Shown here piece by piece: positions 31,457 to 41,068 of a stretch of DNA of 64,000 nt. This DNA is from an uncultured Bacteroidota bacterium (GTDB lineage Bacteria; Bacteroidota; Ignavibacteria; UBA10030; UBA6906). A program made the translations under genes and the position numbers. The stretch lies in contig CAVOYH010000004.1 of assembly GCA_963700635.1 (NCBI GenBank), positions 956,117 through 1,020,116 of the forward strand. Direction: 5' to 3'. The notes under the pieces were generated by a model. The model saw only the letters and a list, made by a program, of their open reading frames with translations, was not told where the DNA came from and searched no databases. Position 1 is the first letter of the stretch, and every line of letters starts with the position of its first letter.

Positions 31457-32314
31457 CTAGGGCTGTGCGCCGGACGCCAGGGTCTCAAGGCGTGCGATAC
31501 GATCTTCCAGAGGTGGATGCGTGCTGAAGAGCTTCTTGAGACCGCCTCCGCTCAACGGATTGACGATGAACATATGGGCGGTCGAGGGGGAGGCATTCAT
31601 CGGGATCTGCTGGGCCCGTGTATGAAGCTTCCGGAGCGCATTCGCAAGCGAGAGCGGAGTGCCGGACATTTTTGCGCCCCCTTCATCGGCCAGGAACTCG
31701 CGTGACCGGGAAATGGCCATCTGGATCAGCATTGCGGCGATAGGTGCGACGATGATCATCACCAGACCCGCAAGAGGGTTCCCTCTCTCCCGATCATCAC
31801 CACCCCGCATTCCCCCAAAAATCATCGACCATTGTGCCATCTGTGCGAGCATGCTGATCGCACCGGCCATCGTTGCAGCAACGGTTCCGATGAGGATATC
31901 ACGATGCTTGACGTGCGCCAATTCATGGGCGATCACCCCCCGCAATTCGTCTTTGGAGAGAAGCCGCGTGATCCCTTCGGTGACAGCAACCGCAGCGTGC
32001 TCCGGATTTCGTCCGGTCGCAAAAGCATTAGGCTGATCCCCGCGGATCATGTACAACCGCGGCATGGGAATCCCGCCGCGTGTAGCAAGTTCCTGGGTCA
32101 TTTGAAACAGCTCCGGCGCCTCCGATTGTGTGAGCTCCTGCCCCTTGTACATTCTGAGCACAATCTTGTCACTGAACCAATAGGAGCCAAAATTCATGAC
32201 CATGGCAACGCCGAAGGCCAGGAACATGCCATTTTGACCGCCCAGCAAATTTCCCACAAACACCACCAGCGCCGTCATCACGGCCATCAGCATAAAGGTT
32301 TTTGTCGTATTCAT
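31457..32314 (-). CDS. htpX: Zinc metalloprotease HtpX
   Basis: [23 protein letters not shown] and FSTHPP. Confidence 0.94.
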   Translation of the reverse strand: MNTTKTFMLMAVMTALVVFVGNLLGGQNGMFLAFGVAMVMNFGSYWFSDKIVLRMYKGQELTQSEAPELFQMTQELATRGGIPMPRLYMIRGDQPNAFATGRNPEHAAVAVTEGITRLLSKDELRGVIAHELAHVKHRDILIGTVAATMAGAISMLAQMAQWSMIFGGMRGGDDRERGNPLAGLVMIIVAPIAAMLIQMAISRSREFLADEGGAKMSGTPLSLANALRKLHTRAQQIPMNASPSTAHMFIVNPLSGGGLKKLFSTHPPLEDRIARLETLASGAQP

Positions 32315-32540
32315 CGTAACTCTTCTCCTGATACTCCCTATTCTTCACTACACCGAAGGTTCTGGAATTTCGATCGTTTTAACCCGCCGTTACAACATCC
32401 TACAACGGTGTGAAGTTCGCCAGCTGACCCCTATCGTTCGTATTTCCCCGCAATGTGATGAAAGGTACATGTCTCCGCTCACGAAAGCAAGGACCAGGAT
32501 CCGTCGGGCACCTTGCTGGCTTGCTGCGACGTGTGATTCC

Positions 32541-32569
32541 TTGCTTCCGGTACCGGGCTGTGCTACATT
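32541..32569 (+). promoter_or_regulatory. Putative sigma70 promoter with extended -10
   Basis: TTGCTT-N17-TACATT, with TGn immediately before the -10. Confidence 0.45.
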
Positions 32570-32615
32570 AGGACAAGGAAAAAGATTGCTGAAGTCTTTC
32601 ACAGGGGTAGTACTC

Positions 32616-33419
32616 ATGATTTCCGTTCTCCGCTCTCTCTGGGTGTGGATCGCTGTCGTGGCGTTGATCGCCATCTGGCTGCCGCTTCTGGCCCTCGTAC
32701 GGCTCTTTGACCGGGATGAACTCCATTACCGCACGGGCAGGTGGTTCCGGAGGCTCGGCGTTGCCATGACAAAAGCAAATCCGTTCTGGCGGCTTCACGT
32801 CACAGGCTACCGGGTCCCCCGGGAACGTCAGGCATTTGTGGTCGTGAGCAATCACCAGTCACTTGCCGACATCCCTCTCATCTCACATATTCCATGGGAA
32901 ATGAAGTGGGTGGCAAAGATTGAGCTCTTCAGGGTGCCGATAATGGGATGGATGATGAGCCTGGCGGGAGATATCCCTGTGGAACGCACGGACGCGCGCA
33001 GCGGGGCGCGGGCGCTGATAAAGGCGGCGCGATGCCTCGACCAGCGTTGCCCTGTCATGATGTTTCCCGAGGGGACACGCTCACCTGACGGGCGTGTGGG
33101 CAGGTTTACAGACGGGGCCTTCCATCTCGCCATCCGGACACAGGTCCCCGTCCTGCCCGTGGTGGTTGAGGGTTCATTTGACGCGCTCCCGAAGCACAGC
33201 TGGCGTTTCGGGTCGCCGAGAGAGATCCAAATTCATCTGCTCGAGCCGATCTCCAGCGCAGACTACGGACCGGGACAGGTAGGGGAATTACGCGACCACG
33301 TTCGCGGGGCCATCATGGAAACGCTGAGCGCCTGGCGTGGGGTAACGCCTGACCATGTTGACGCGCTTATTCCGCTTGACAAAGAAGCGGTCGTTTCCCG
33401 GATTACAGATGGGGCGTAA
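32616..33419 (+). CDS. 1-acyl-sn-glycerol-3-phosphate acyltransferase (PlsC family)
   Basis: NHQSLAD (HxxxxD) and FPEGTRS. Confidence 0.9.
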   Translation: MISVLRSLWVWIAVVALIAIWLPLLALVRLFDRDELHYRTGRWFRRLGVAMTKANPFWRLHVTGYRVPRERQAFVVVSNHQSLADIPLISHIPWEMKWVAKIELFRVPIMGWMMSLAGDIPVERTDARSGARALIKAARCLDQRCPVMMFPEGTRSPDGRVGRFTDGAFHLAIRTQVPVLPVVVEGSFDALPKHSWRFGSPREIQIHLLEPISSADYGPGQVGELRDHVRGAIMETLSAWRGVTPDHVDALIPLDKEAVVSRITDGA

Positions 33420-33723
33420 TCTTTTCGAGAAGGTTCCGTTTCGGGACCGCACCAATAATCTGCTCCACGACTTTCCCGCCCTTAAAGACCATCAGCGTAG
33501 GGATACTCCGGATACTGAAGCGCATTGAAGTTTCCGGATTATTGTCCACATCCAGCTTTGTCACCTTCAGTTTACCCTTCTGCTCCTCCGCGATCTCCTC
33601 GACAACGGGAGCGATCATCTTGCAGGGACCGCACCAGACGGCCCAGAAATCCACAAGCACGGGGATATCCGACTTCAGAACTTCCGTCTCGAACGAGCTA
33701 TCATTAACTTCAAGTGGTTTCAT
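33403..33723 (-). CDS. trxA: Thioredoxin
   Basis: VDFWAVWCGPC and SIPTL. Confidence 0.96.
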   Translation of the reverse strand: MKPLEVNDSSFETEVLKSDIPVLVDFWAVWCGPCKMIAPVVEEIAEEQKGKLKVTKLDVDNNPETSMRFSIRSIPTLMVFKGGKVVEQIIGAVPKRNLLEKITPHL

Positions 33724-36700
33724 CCAGGTTCCCCGTTTTGTTGATGTGTTTTGCTATACTCTCCAACGAACCGAACACTTTCCGCCCCCAGCACGCGGGT
33801 GACGGCTTCCTGAAAACGAATATTCGGTTCGATGGTGTAACGTGGTGCCGAGAAGAGACGAGGGCTCGACAATCCCAGAACACTTATGTAACACGGGCAG
33901 TTCCCCCGGTGCTGCTCGAGCAGAGACCGGAGATCCAGGATCGTCTGTTCCCTGACGTGATCGACATTCATCGAGAGAATCACACCCCGCGCAAACTTCT
34001 CCCGCACCTTTTCCATGGGGTACACTTCGTTCACGACGATCCGTAATTCGTCCCCGTTCACCTCCCCCTTCCCCACGACCATGACCATGGCATCGGGCTG
34101 CAGGACCTGCTGATATTTTGCAAACGGATCCGAGAAGAGGATGCAGTCCCCCTTCCCGCTGAAATCTTCGATGGTGATAAACGCCATGGCCTTGTTACGT
34201 TTGTCCGTTTTGGGCCTGATAGCCGTGACGATGCCGCATGCACGGACGGCGGAAAGGTTCTTGAATCCCGTCGGATCACCCAGGCGCACGGTCGCAAACT
34301 CGTTTACCTCATGTTCAAAACGCAGCAGAGGATGTCCGGAGGCATACAATCCGAGCGACGATTTCTCGCGTGTGAGCTTTTCCATTTCGTTCCACGGTGC
34401 CACATCGGTCGCCGACGGGAACCGGACCTGGTTCCGCGCGGAAGAACCCGGAGTGTCAAATAACGACTCCTGGCCTCTTGCGTGCTGGGTCTGCATGCTT
34501 TGCCCGTACTGCATTGCCCGCTCGATACTCTCGAACAGCTGGGCCCTGTGTCCGCCCGTTGAATCAAAGGCGCCCGCCTGGACCAGTCCCTCAAGGCACT
34601 TCTTGTTCACGAGCCGCAGATCTACGCGTTTGCAGAAGTCGAACAGCGTCGCAAACGGTCCCCCCTCCGACCTGGCAGCGACCACGTTCGCGATGGCATT
34701 TTCACCCACATTTTTGATGGCCACGAGGCCGAACCGGATGACACCATGATGCACTGCGAAGTCTTTGTCACTCTCGTTAACGTCCGGGGGCAACACCTGG
34801 ATGCCGGATCTGCGGCAATCCTCGATGAGCGACACAATCTTGTCGGTGTTCCCGATTTCCGAGGAGAGTGTGGCGGCCATATACTCGGCAGGATAATGAG
34901 CCTTGAGATACGCCGTCTGATATGCGATAATGGAATAGGCGACACTGTGAGACTTGTTGAATCCGTACTTTGCAAATTTTTCGATAAGATCAAAAATGTC
35001 TTCCGCGCTCCTGCGCGGGACGGCCTTCTGGATCGCGCCTTCGACGAACTCCTTTTTCATGTCCGTCATCAGCTTCGCATCCTTTTTTCCCATCGCCCGG
35101 CGCATAAGATCCGCTCTGGCGAGTGAAAAGCCCGCGACTTCACTCGCGATCTTCATCACCTGTTCCTGATAGACAATAACCCCGTAGGTTTCTTTCAGGA
35201 TGGGGTCCAACAGCGAGTGCAACGAGGTGATCTGCTGTGTCCCGTGCTTCCGGGAGATAAAATCTCCGATCATTTCCATGGGGCCGGGGCGATACAGGGC
35301 GTTCATCGCCACAAGATCGCTGATGCACGTGGGTTTCAGTTTGCGCAGCCAGTCGCGCATGCCCGCACTTTCAAACTGAAATACTGCGACGGTGTCTCCC
35401 CGGGCGAACAGGGCAAATGTTACGGCGTCGTCTTCCGGCAGCTCATCCAGGCAGATCTCCAGCCCGTGGTTTTGCCGGACGAGCCGCAGGGCGTTCTCCA
35501 TCACCGACAGGGTGCGCAGGCCCAGGAAGTCCATCTTAAGCAAACCCGCCGCTTCGAGGTCCTTCATGTTGTATTGCGTCATGACCTCGGTCTGCGGAGT
35601 CTTGTACAGGGGCACGTAATCCGAGATACTGCCGGGTGCAATAACAACACCGGCCGCATGCATGCCGGCATTCCGGTTCAGCCCTTCGAGCGTGAGCGAT
35701 ACATCCACGAGCGTCCGGATCTTCGGATCATCACTGTCCTTTATCCACTTCAGTTCCGGAATACTGTCAATCGCCTCGCGTAGCGGCCTGACCTTTCCCT
35801 GTTCGACCGGGATCTGTTTTGTAATGGATTCGATTGTGCTCAGCGCAATGCCGAGCACCCGTCCGACATCTTTGAGAACCGCGCGGGCTGAAAGTGTTCC
35901 GAAGGTGATAATCTGCGAGACGGAGTCGGCTCCGTATTTTTCGCGCACATACTGAATGACCAGCTCACGCTTATCGTCCGCGAAGTCCACGTCGATATCG
36001 GGCATGCTGACACGTTCGGGGTTCAGGAACCGTTCGAAGAGCAAATCGTATTTCAGCGGGTCAACATTGGTAATGCCGAGGCAGTATGACACAATACTCC
36101 CCGCAGCGCTCCCCCGTCCAGGGCCCACGGCAACACCCATCTCCCGGGCTGCCCGGATAAAGTCCTGTACGATAAGAAAATATCCTTCATACCCCATGCT
36201 CGTGATGACGGCAATTTCGTGCGTGAACCGTTGTTCCATTTCCGGAGTCGGGTTTGGATACCGTTTCCGGAACCCCTTCCGCGCAAGCAGCTCGACATAC
36301 CCGGAAAGCGTCTCGACTCCCGCATCCGCCGGTATGGGGAATCGAGGCATGTGATTCTCCCCCAGATGCAGCTCCACGGCACACTTCTCGGCAATCTCCG
36401 TCGTAGACGAGATGGCTTCCGGATAGTCCCGGAACAGCGCAACCATTTCGTCGCTGGTCTTAAAATACGCCTGGTCAGTCTGATAGCGCAGCTGCATGTA
36501 ATCCTGCGTCCCGCCATTCGAGGAATCGGGAATCAGGAGGAGTACATTGTGCGCCACCGCGTCCGCATGTTTCAGGTAATGGATGTCATTCGTGGCGACA
36601 AGTTTCAGACCAAGGTCCATGGCAAGCTTCGGAGCCTTACGCCGGATGATCGCCTCGCGGTCGAGTCCGTGATCCTGAATTTCGATATAAAAATCGTCGC

Positions 36701-37232
36701 CGAAGATATCTTTGTAGATCTCAGCCGCCTCGTATGCCTCCCGATCGTTGCCGGACGCCAGATGTGCCGAGACAACTCCTCCTGCGCACGCTGAAAGCGC
36801 CACGATCCCTTCACGGTACTGGCGGAGCACCTCCGTGTCAATACGAGGCTTGTAATAGAACCCCTCGATGTGGGCGATCGTGCAGAGCTTCAGGAGGTTC
36901 TTGTATCCGGTCTCGTTTTTCGCGAGGAGCACGATATGATGGTACGCTCCCCGCTTCCCGCCACTCTCGGTCTGCTGCGTGCTTTTTTCCGTACGCCGGC
37001 CCTTGGTGACGATGTAGGCTTCCATGCCGAGGATCGGCTTGATGCCGGCCTTTTTGGCCTTCTTGTAAAACTCTACCGCCCCGAAGAGCACGCCGTGATC
37101 TGTCAGTGCGATTGCCGGCATACCATCGGCGACCGCGGCGGCAATAAGGTCGTCAATGCGGCACGCCGCATCAAGCAGACTGTAGTGCGAATGATTGTGG
37201 AGATGGATGAATTTTTTCATATTCTTCGTCAT
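33720..37232 (-). CDS. dnaE: DNA polymerase III alpha subunit
   Basis: PHP domain HLHNHSHYSLLD, GPGRGSAAGS, RVSMPDIDVDF, KMDFLGL and YGFNKSH. No intein. Start set at ATG 37232 because the promoter lies directly upstream. Confidence 0.97.
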   Translation of the reverse strand: MTKNMKKFIHLHNHSHYSLLDAACRIDDLIAAAVADGMPAIALTDHGVLFGAVEFYKKAKKAGIKPILGMEAYIVTKGRRTEKSTQQTESGGKRGAYHHIVLLAKNETGYKNLLKLCTIAHIEGFYYKPRIDTEVLRQYREGIVALSACAGGVVSAHLASGNDREAYEAAEIYKDIFGDDFYIEIQDHGLDREAIIRRKAPKLAMDLGLKLVATNDIHYLKHADAVAHNVLLLIPDSSNGGTQDYMQLRYQTDQAYFKTSDEMVALFRDYPEAISSTTEIAEKCAVELHLGENHMPRFPIPADAGVETLSGYVELLARKGFRKRYPNPTPEMEQRFTHEIAVITSMGYEGYFLIVQDFIRAAREMGVAVGPGRGSAAGSIVSYCLGITNVDPLKYDLLFERFLNPERVSMPDIDVDFADDKRELVIQYVREKYGADSVSQIITFGTLSARAVLKDVGRVLGIALSTIESITKQIPVEQGKVRPLREAIDSIPELKWIKDSDDPKIRTLVDVSLTLEGLNRNAGMHAAGVVIAPGSISDYVPLYKTPQTEVMTQYNMKDLEAAGLLKMDFLGLRTLSVMENALRLVRQNHGLEICLDELPEDDAVTFALFARGDTVAVFQFESAGMRDWLRKLKPTCISDLVAMNALYRPGPMEMIGDFISRKHGTQQITSLHSLLDPILKETYGVIVYQEQVMKIASEVAGFSLARADLMRRAMGKKDAKLMTDMKKEFVEGAIQKAVPRRSAEDIFDLIEKFAKYGFNKSHSVAYSIIAYQTAYLKAHYPAEYMAATLSSEIGNTDKIVSLIEDCRRSGIQVLPPDVNESDKDFAVHHGVIRFGLVAIKNVGENAIANVVAARSEGGPFATLFDFCKRVDLRLVNKKCLEGLVQAGAFDSTGGHRAQLFESIERAMQYGQSMQTQHARGQESLFDTPGSSARNQVRFPSATDVAPWNEMEKLTREKSSLGLYASGHPLLRFEHEVNEFATVRLGDPTGFKNLSAVRACGIVTAIRPKTDKRNKAMAFITIEDFSGKGDCILFSDPFAKYQQVLQPDAMVMVVGKGEVNGDELRIVVNEVYPMEKVREKFARGVILSMNVDHVREQTILDLRSLLEQHRGNCPCYISVLGLSSPRLFSAPRYTIEPNIRFQEAVTRVLGAESVRFVGEYSKTHQQNGEPG

Positions 37233-37250
37233 AAGACATTCCCCCGGCAC

Positions 37251-37279
37251 ATAGTATCATTGCAACGAGGGAAAGTCAA
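37251..37279 (-). promoter_or_regulatory. Sigma70 promoter of dnaE-trxA
   Basis: TTGACT-N17-TACTAT. Confidence 0.55.
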
Positions 37280-37380
37280 GCGCATACACCGGGAAGTTGT
37301 ACACAACTTTTGCAGATGAAGCGGGTGAGACAAATGCCCCATCACAACAACGGATGAACCAACGACGATAATCTCCGACA

Positions 37381-38802
37381 CTAAAGAGGGTTAATGGCGA
37401 GTAGCTTAAGCTCAGTCATCTCTTCCATCGCGTACCGGACCCCTTCCCTGCCCAGCCCCGACCCCTTTACACCACCGTACGGCATATGGTCCATCCGGTA
37501 GGTCGGAACATCATTCACGATCACCCCGCCCACCTCCATCTGCTCGTATGCTTCCAGCATCTTCTTGAGATTCGACGTAAAAAGTCCCGCCTGAAGTCCG
37601 TACACAGAGTCGTTCACCCGATTCAGCGCGCTTTGAAAGTCTTTGTATGATTCAATCGTAATGACTGGAGCAAACACTTCAAGGCAGCTTACCTTCATGC
37701 GTGGGTCAACATCCGTAAGCACGGTCGGTGACAGCACCGCTCCCTGGCGTGTGCCCCCGAGAAGGAGCCGTGCTCCCCCAGCAACCGCCTCAGCTATCCA
37801 CTCCTCCACCTGCTGTGCGGCCTGCCCGGTAATCATCGGCCCGACGACGGTCCGCTCGTCTCTGGGATCACCAACCTGAAGGGCGGCGACTTTCGGGAGA
37901 AGGCCGGCCACAAAACTCTCGTAAATCCCCTCGTGAACATAGACCCGCTGAACAGCAATGCACGATTGTCCGGCGTTAGCAAAACCACCGGAGACAATCT
38001 TCTCTAACGCCAGCGCCTGATCCGCGTCCGGTTCAACGATAACCCCTGCATTCCCTCCAAGCTCCAGGGTTACCCTCTTACTGCCGGATCTTGATTTCAG
38101 GGGCCATCCTACTGCCGGACTTCCAGTGAAGCTGACGGCCTTAACCCGTTTATCCTCAACGAGTTGATTCGCTTCATCTCCAGCACAACACACTACATTG
38201 AAGCTCCCTTTTGGAAGGGCAGTTTCAGCCACGATTTCTGCAAGCAGAAGTGCCGTGAGCGGAGCATTTGAGGATGGCTTTAGTATCACTGTATTCCCTG
38301 TGGCTACAGCCGGCGCCACCTTGTGCGCCACCAGGTTCAGGGGGAAATTGAACGGTGTGATTGCAGCAATCGGGCCTATCGGAAATCTCCGGACAATGGC
38401 AAATCTTCCGCGTGAAGCAGAGTGCAGATCGAGCGGGAGCACCTCCCCGTAAATCCTTGTCGCTTCCTCCGCCGCAATCCGAAATGTAAAAATGCTTCGC
38501 TCTATCTCAGCCCGCGAATACGACACGGGCTTTCCAGTCTCCCCGGTAATCAGGTCGGCAAAACGTTCCTTCCGACCCCGAATTCCTTCTGCAATGTGTG
38601 AAAGGGCATCCGCCCGCTCAAAACTGGAAAGACGGCGGGTTTCCCCAAATGCTGCTTCTGCAGCGAGGATCGCACTGTTGATGTCCTCAGCTGTAGCCTG
38701 GCAGACCTCTCCCGCAGACTTGCCATCAAAGGGATTTATCACTTCCCGCGTAACGGTTGAGGTACGCCATTCACCGTTGATGTAAAAGGGTCTCGGGGGC
38801 AT
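37381..38802 (-). CDS. Aldehyde dehydrogenase family protein
   Basis: ITPFNFP, FTGS, LELGGN, catalytic Cys in AGQSCI, EVFAP and PYGGVKGSG. Confidence 0.93.
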   Translation of the reverse strand: MPPRPFYINGEWRTSTVTREVINPFDGKSAGEVCQATAEDINSAILAAEAAFGETRRLSSFERADALSHIAEGIRGRKERFADLITGETGKPVSYSRAEIERSIFTFRIAAEEATRIYGEVLPLDLHSASRGRFAIVRRFPIGPIAAITPFNFPLNLVAHKVAPAVATGNTVILKPSSNAPLTALLLAEIVAETALPKGSFNVVCCAGDEANQLVEDKRVKAVSFTGSPAVGWPLKSRSGSKRVTLELGGNAGVIVEPDADQALALEKIVSGGFANAGQSCIAVQRVYVHEGIYESFVAGLLPKVAALQVGDPRDERTVVGPMITGQAAQQVEEWIAEAVAGGARLLLGGTRQGAVLSPTVLTDVDPRMKVSCLEVFAPVITIESYKDFQSALNRVNDSVYGLQAGLFTSNLKKMLEAYEQMEVGGVIVNDVPTYRMDHMPYGGVKGSGLGREGVRYAMEEMTELKLLAINPL

Positions 38803-38805
38803 ACG

Positions 38806-40521
38806 CTACTTCGAGGCAATCTCCAGAAGGTGGTTGATGACCGTTTCTCTCGGATGGAGCCACCGCTTCCCGCTCTTCCGCTCCTTGATCTCTATATTCC
38901 CCGCGGCAAGGTTCTTTTCTCCAACGATGACCTGATACGGCATACCGAGCAAATCGGCGTCTTTAAATTTGAAACCCGGACTCACATCCTTCCGGTCGTC
39001 AAATAGAACCTCCCATCCGGCATTGCTCATTGCCGCATACAACTCCTCCGCGGTCTCAACGACAGACTGGTTCTTTGTCCCCACGGAAATCAGATGGAAG
39101 AGGAACGGCGCAAGGGCCCTGTCCCAGATAATTCCGTCCGCATCATGATTCTGTTCAATATGGCATGCCACAATACGATCCACCCCGATACCATAACTTC
39201 CCATGATAATGGGCTTCGCTTTCCCCTGCTCATCCAAAAATGTGGCCTGAAGCGCATCGGCGTATTTTGTCCCGAGCTTGAAAATATGTCCGAGTTCCAC
39301 TCCGGGTACGATGCGAAGCGATCCGTTCCCGTTCGGACTCGGTTCGCCTTCCTTCACGGTGCGAAGATCGTAATAGCCGTCAATGGTACAATCCCGTTGA
39401 AGATCAATATTCTTCAGATGATAGTCATTCCGGTTTGCCCCGCTGACCAGGTTGTTTGCGCCTTCGAGGCGTTTGTCAGCGATGATCTTGAACAGTTTTG
39501 AAGCCGGTGTCCGCTCGCGGAGACCAACGGGTCCGATGGAGCCACCGTCTGCGCCCGTAAGCGCAATCAGCCGGTCGGGCTCAATGGGACGGACCTCCGA
39601 GCCCAGCACTCCCATGAGTTTTGCCTCGTTCAATTCATCGGTGCCCATCATCAGCACCAGCACGGGTGTTTCATCTGACCAATACACCACAGATTTGGCC
39701 AGACGGCCATGATCAATCTTGAGAAAGGCTGCCAGTGCGTCGATGGTTTTCACGTTTGGCGTATGGATCTCCTCGAGTGCAGGATTGTCGGGAAGTCGCG
39801 CCGCCTTCGGAACGTTGGATGATGCAATCTCCAGGTTCGCCGCATAGCTCAGGTCCTCGGAAACGGCGATCACATCCTCCCCCGCCTTTGACTCCATCAT
39901 GAACTCCTGCGAACCGGTCCCCCCCATCGCTCCGCTCGACGCACCCACCACAAAGAACTTCAGTCCGCAGCGTGTGAAAATCTTCTTGTAGGCCTCTGCG
40001 TGAAGTTCGTAACTCCTGTCCAAACCATCCCAGGATGAATCCAGACTGTAACTGTCCTTCATGATAAACTGGCGACCACGAAGTACGCCCGAGCGCGGAC
40101 GCGGTTCATTCCTGAATTTTGTCTGTATCTGATACCATATCTGCGGCATCTCCTTGTACGAAGAGATATTGTTCTTGGCAAGCCAGCAGATCACTTCCTC
40201 GTGTGTTGGGGCAAGCACAAGCGGTCGGTTCTTGAGATGGAACAGGATGTCGCCAAAGGCTTTCACCCGCCCCGTTTCCTCCCACAGCTCAAGCGGACTC
40301 AACGCCGGAAGGTGAAGTTCCTGGCCGCCGATGGCGTCCATTTCCTCGCGAATGATGTCCATAACCTTTTTCATCACCCGGTACCCGACGGGGAGAAATG
40401 TGTAGATACCGGCTGCGAGAGCCCGCACCATACCGGATCGGATCATAAGACGGTGACTGGGTATTACTGCTTCCGCTGGTGTCTCTTTCACTGTGGGGAT
40501 AAAACCGGAGCTCAGGCGCAT
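38806..40521 (-). CDS. proS: Proline--tRNA ligase (with INS editing domain)
   Basis: LAPTHEE, QIQTKFRNEPRPRSG, ELGHIFKLG, MGSYGIG and FKDADLLG. Confidence 0.97.
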   Translation of the reverse strand: MRLSSGFIPTVKETPAEAVIPSHRLMIRSGMVRALAAGIYTFLPVGYRVMKKVMDIIREEMDAIGGQELHLPALSPLELWEETGRVKAFGDILFHLKNRPLVLAPTHEEVICWLAKNNISSYKEMPQIWYQIQTKFRNEPRPRSGVLRGRQFIMKDSYSLDSSWDGLDRSYELHAEAYKKIFTRCGLKFFVVGASSGAMGGTGSQEFMMESKAGEDVIAVSEDLSYAANLEIASSNVPKAARLPDNPALEEIHTPNVKTIDALAAFLKIDHGRLAKSVVYWSDETPVLVLMMGTDELNEAKLMGVLGSEVRPIEPDRLIALTGADGGSIGPVGLRERTPASKLFKIIADKRLEGANNLVSGANRNDYHLKNIDLQRDCTIDGYYDLRTVKEGEPSPNGNGSLRIVPGVELGHIFKLGTKYADALQATFLDEQGKAKPIIMGSYGIGVDRIVACHIEQNHDADGIIWDRALAPFLFHLISVGTKNQSVVETAEELYAAMSNAGWEVLFDDRKDVSPGFKFKDADLLGMPYQVIVGEKNLAAGNIEIKERKSGKRWLHPRETVINHLLEIASK

Positions 40522-40575
40522 GAAGGTCTTTACAATGTGGAATAATATGAAAGATAAAACAATGTGTGAGGGGAA

Positions 40576-41031
40576 TCAAGCCATCGTTTCGGGCGAAGAC
40601 CGTCCACCCACATAACCCGCCATACAGAACACGACGAGGTTGATCACCGATGACAATTCAACCTGTGTGAGAATTGCCGAAAGGACAGTCACAACAACTG
40701 CAACGGAGGAGACAAGTAATCCGTGCGGAATCCGGTTTTTGCCGGTTCCCTTTGCCACCACTCGCGCACGCCAGAAGATCAGGAGTCCGACGACCACAGT
40801 GTAGCCGATGTGCAGCCACAGACTTTCCCTGTAGAGTGAGGAAATGTGCTGGCTTATCTGCCGGCCTATCTCTGCGGATTCTACGCCCCCCTGGCCCAGC
40901 TCAAAGCCCATCCTAAAAGCAACAACCAGAGAGGGAATCATGTAGAGGGCGAACCCGAGGATCAAAGCCAGGAGACCGTTGAGGAGTGCCTTGAACCAGC
41001 GAAGCGGCGTTTGTGATGACGTTTCCATCAT
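40576..41031 (-). CDS. Hypothetical membrane protein (about 4 TM)
   Basis: Hydrophobic helices. Start MMETSSQ follows GAGGAA. Confidence 0.65.
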   Translation of the reverse strand: MMETSSQTPLRWFKALLNGLLALILGFALYMIPSLVVAFRMGFELGQGGVESAEIGRQISQHISSLYRESLWLHIGYTVVVGLLIFWRARVVAKGTGKNRIPHGLLVSSVAVVVTVLSAILTQVELSSVINLVVFCMAGYVGGRSSPETMA

Positions 41032-41068
41032 GGAAGTATTCCTCGTGTTGTGGTCGTGAATGTTGTGT

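Noticed and set aside
33720-37232. Intein or split in dnaE
   Set aside because: The length and motif spacing are normal for an uninterrupted alpha subunit.
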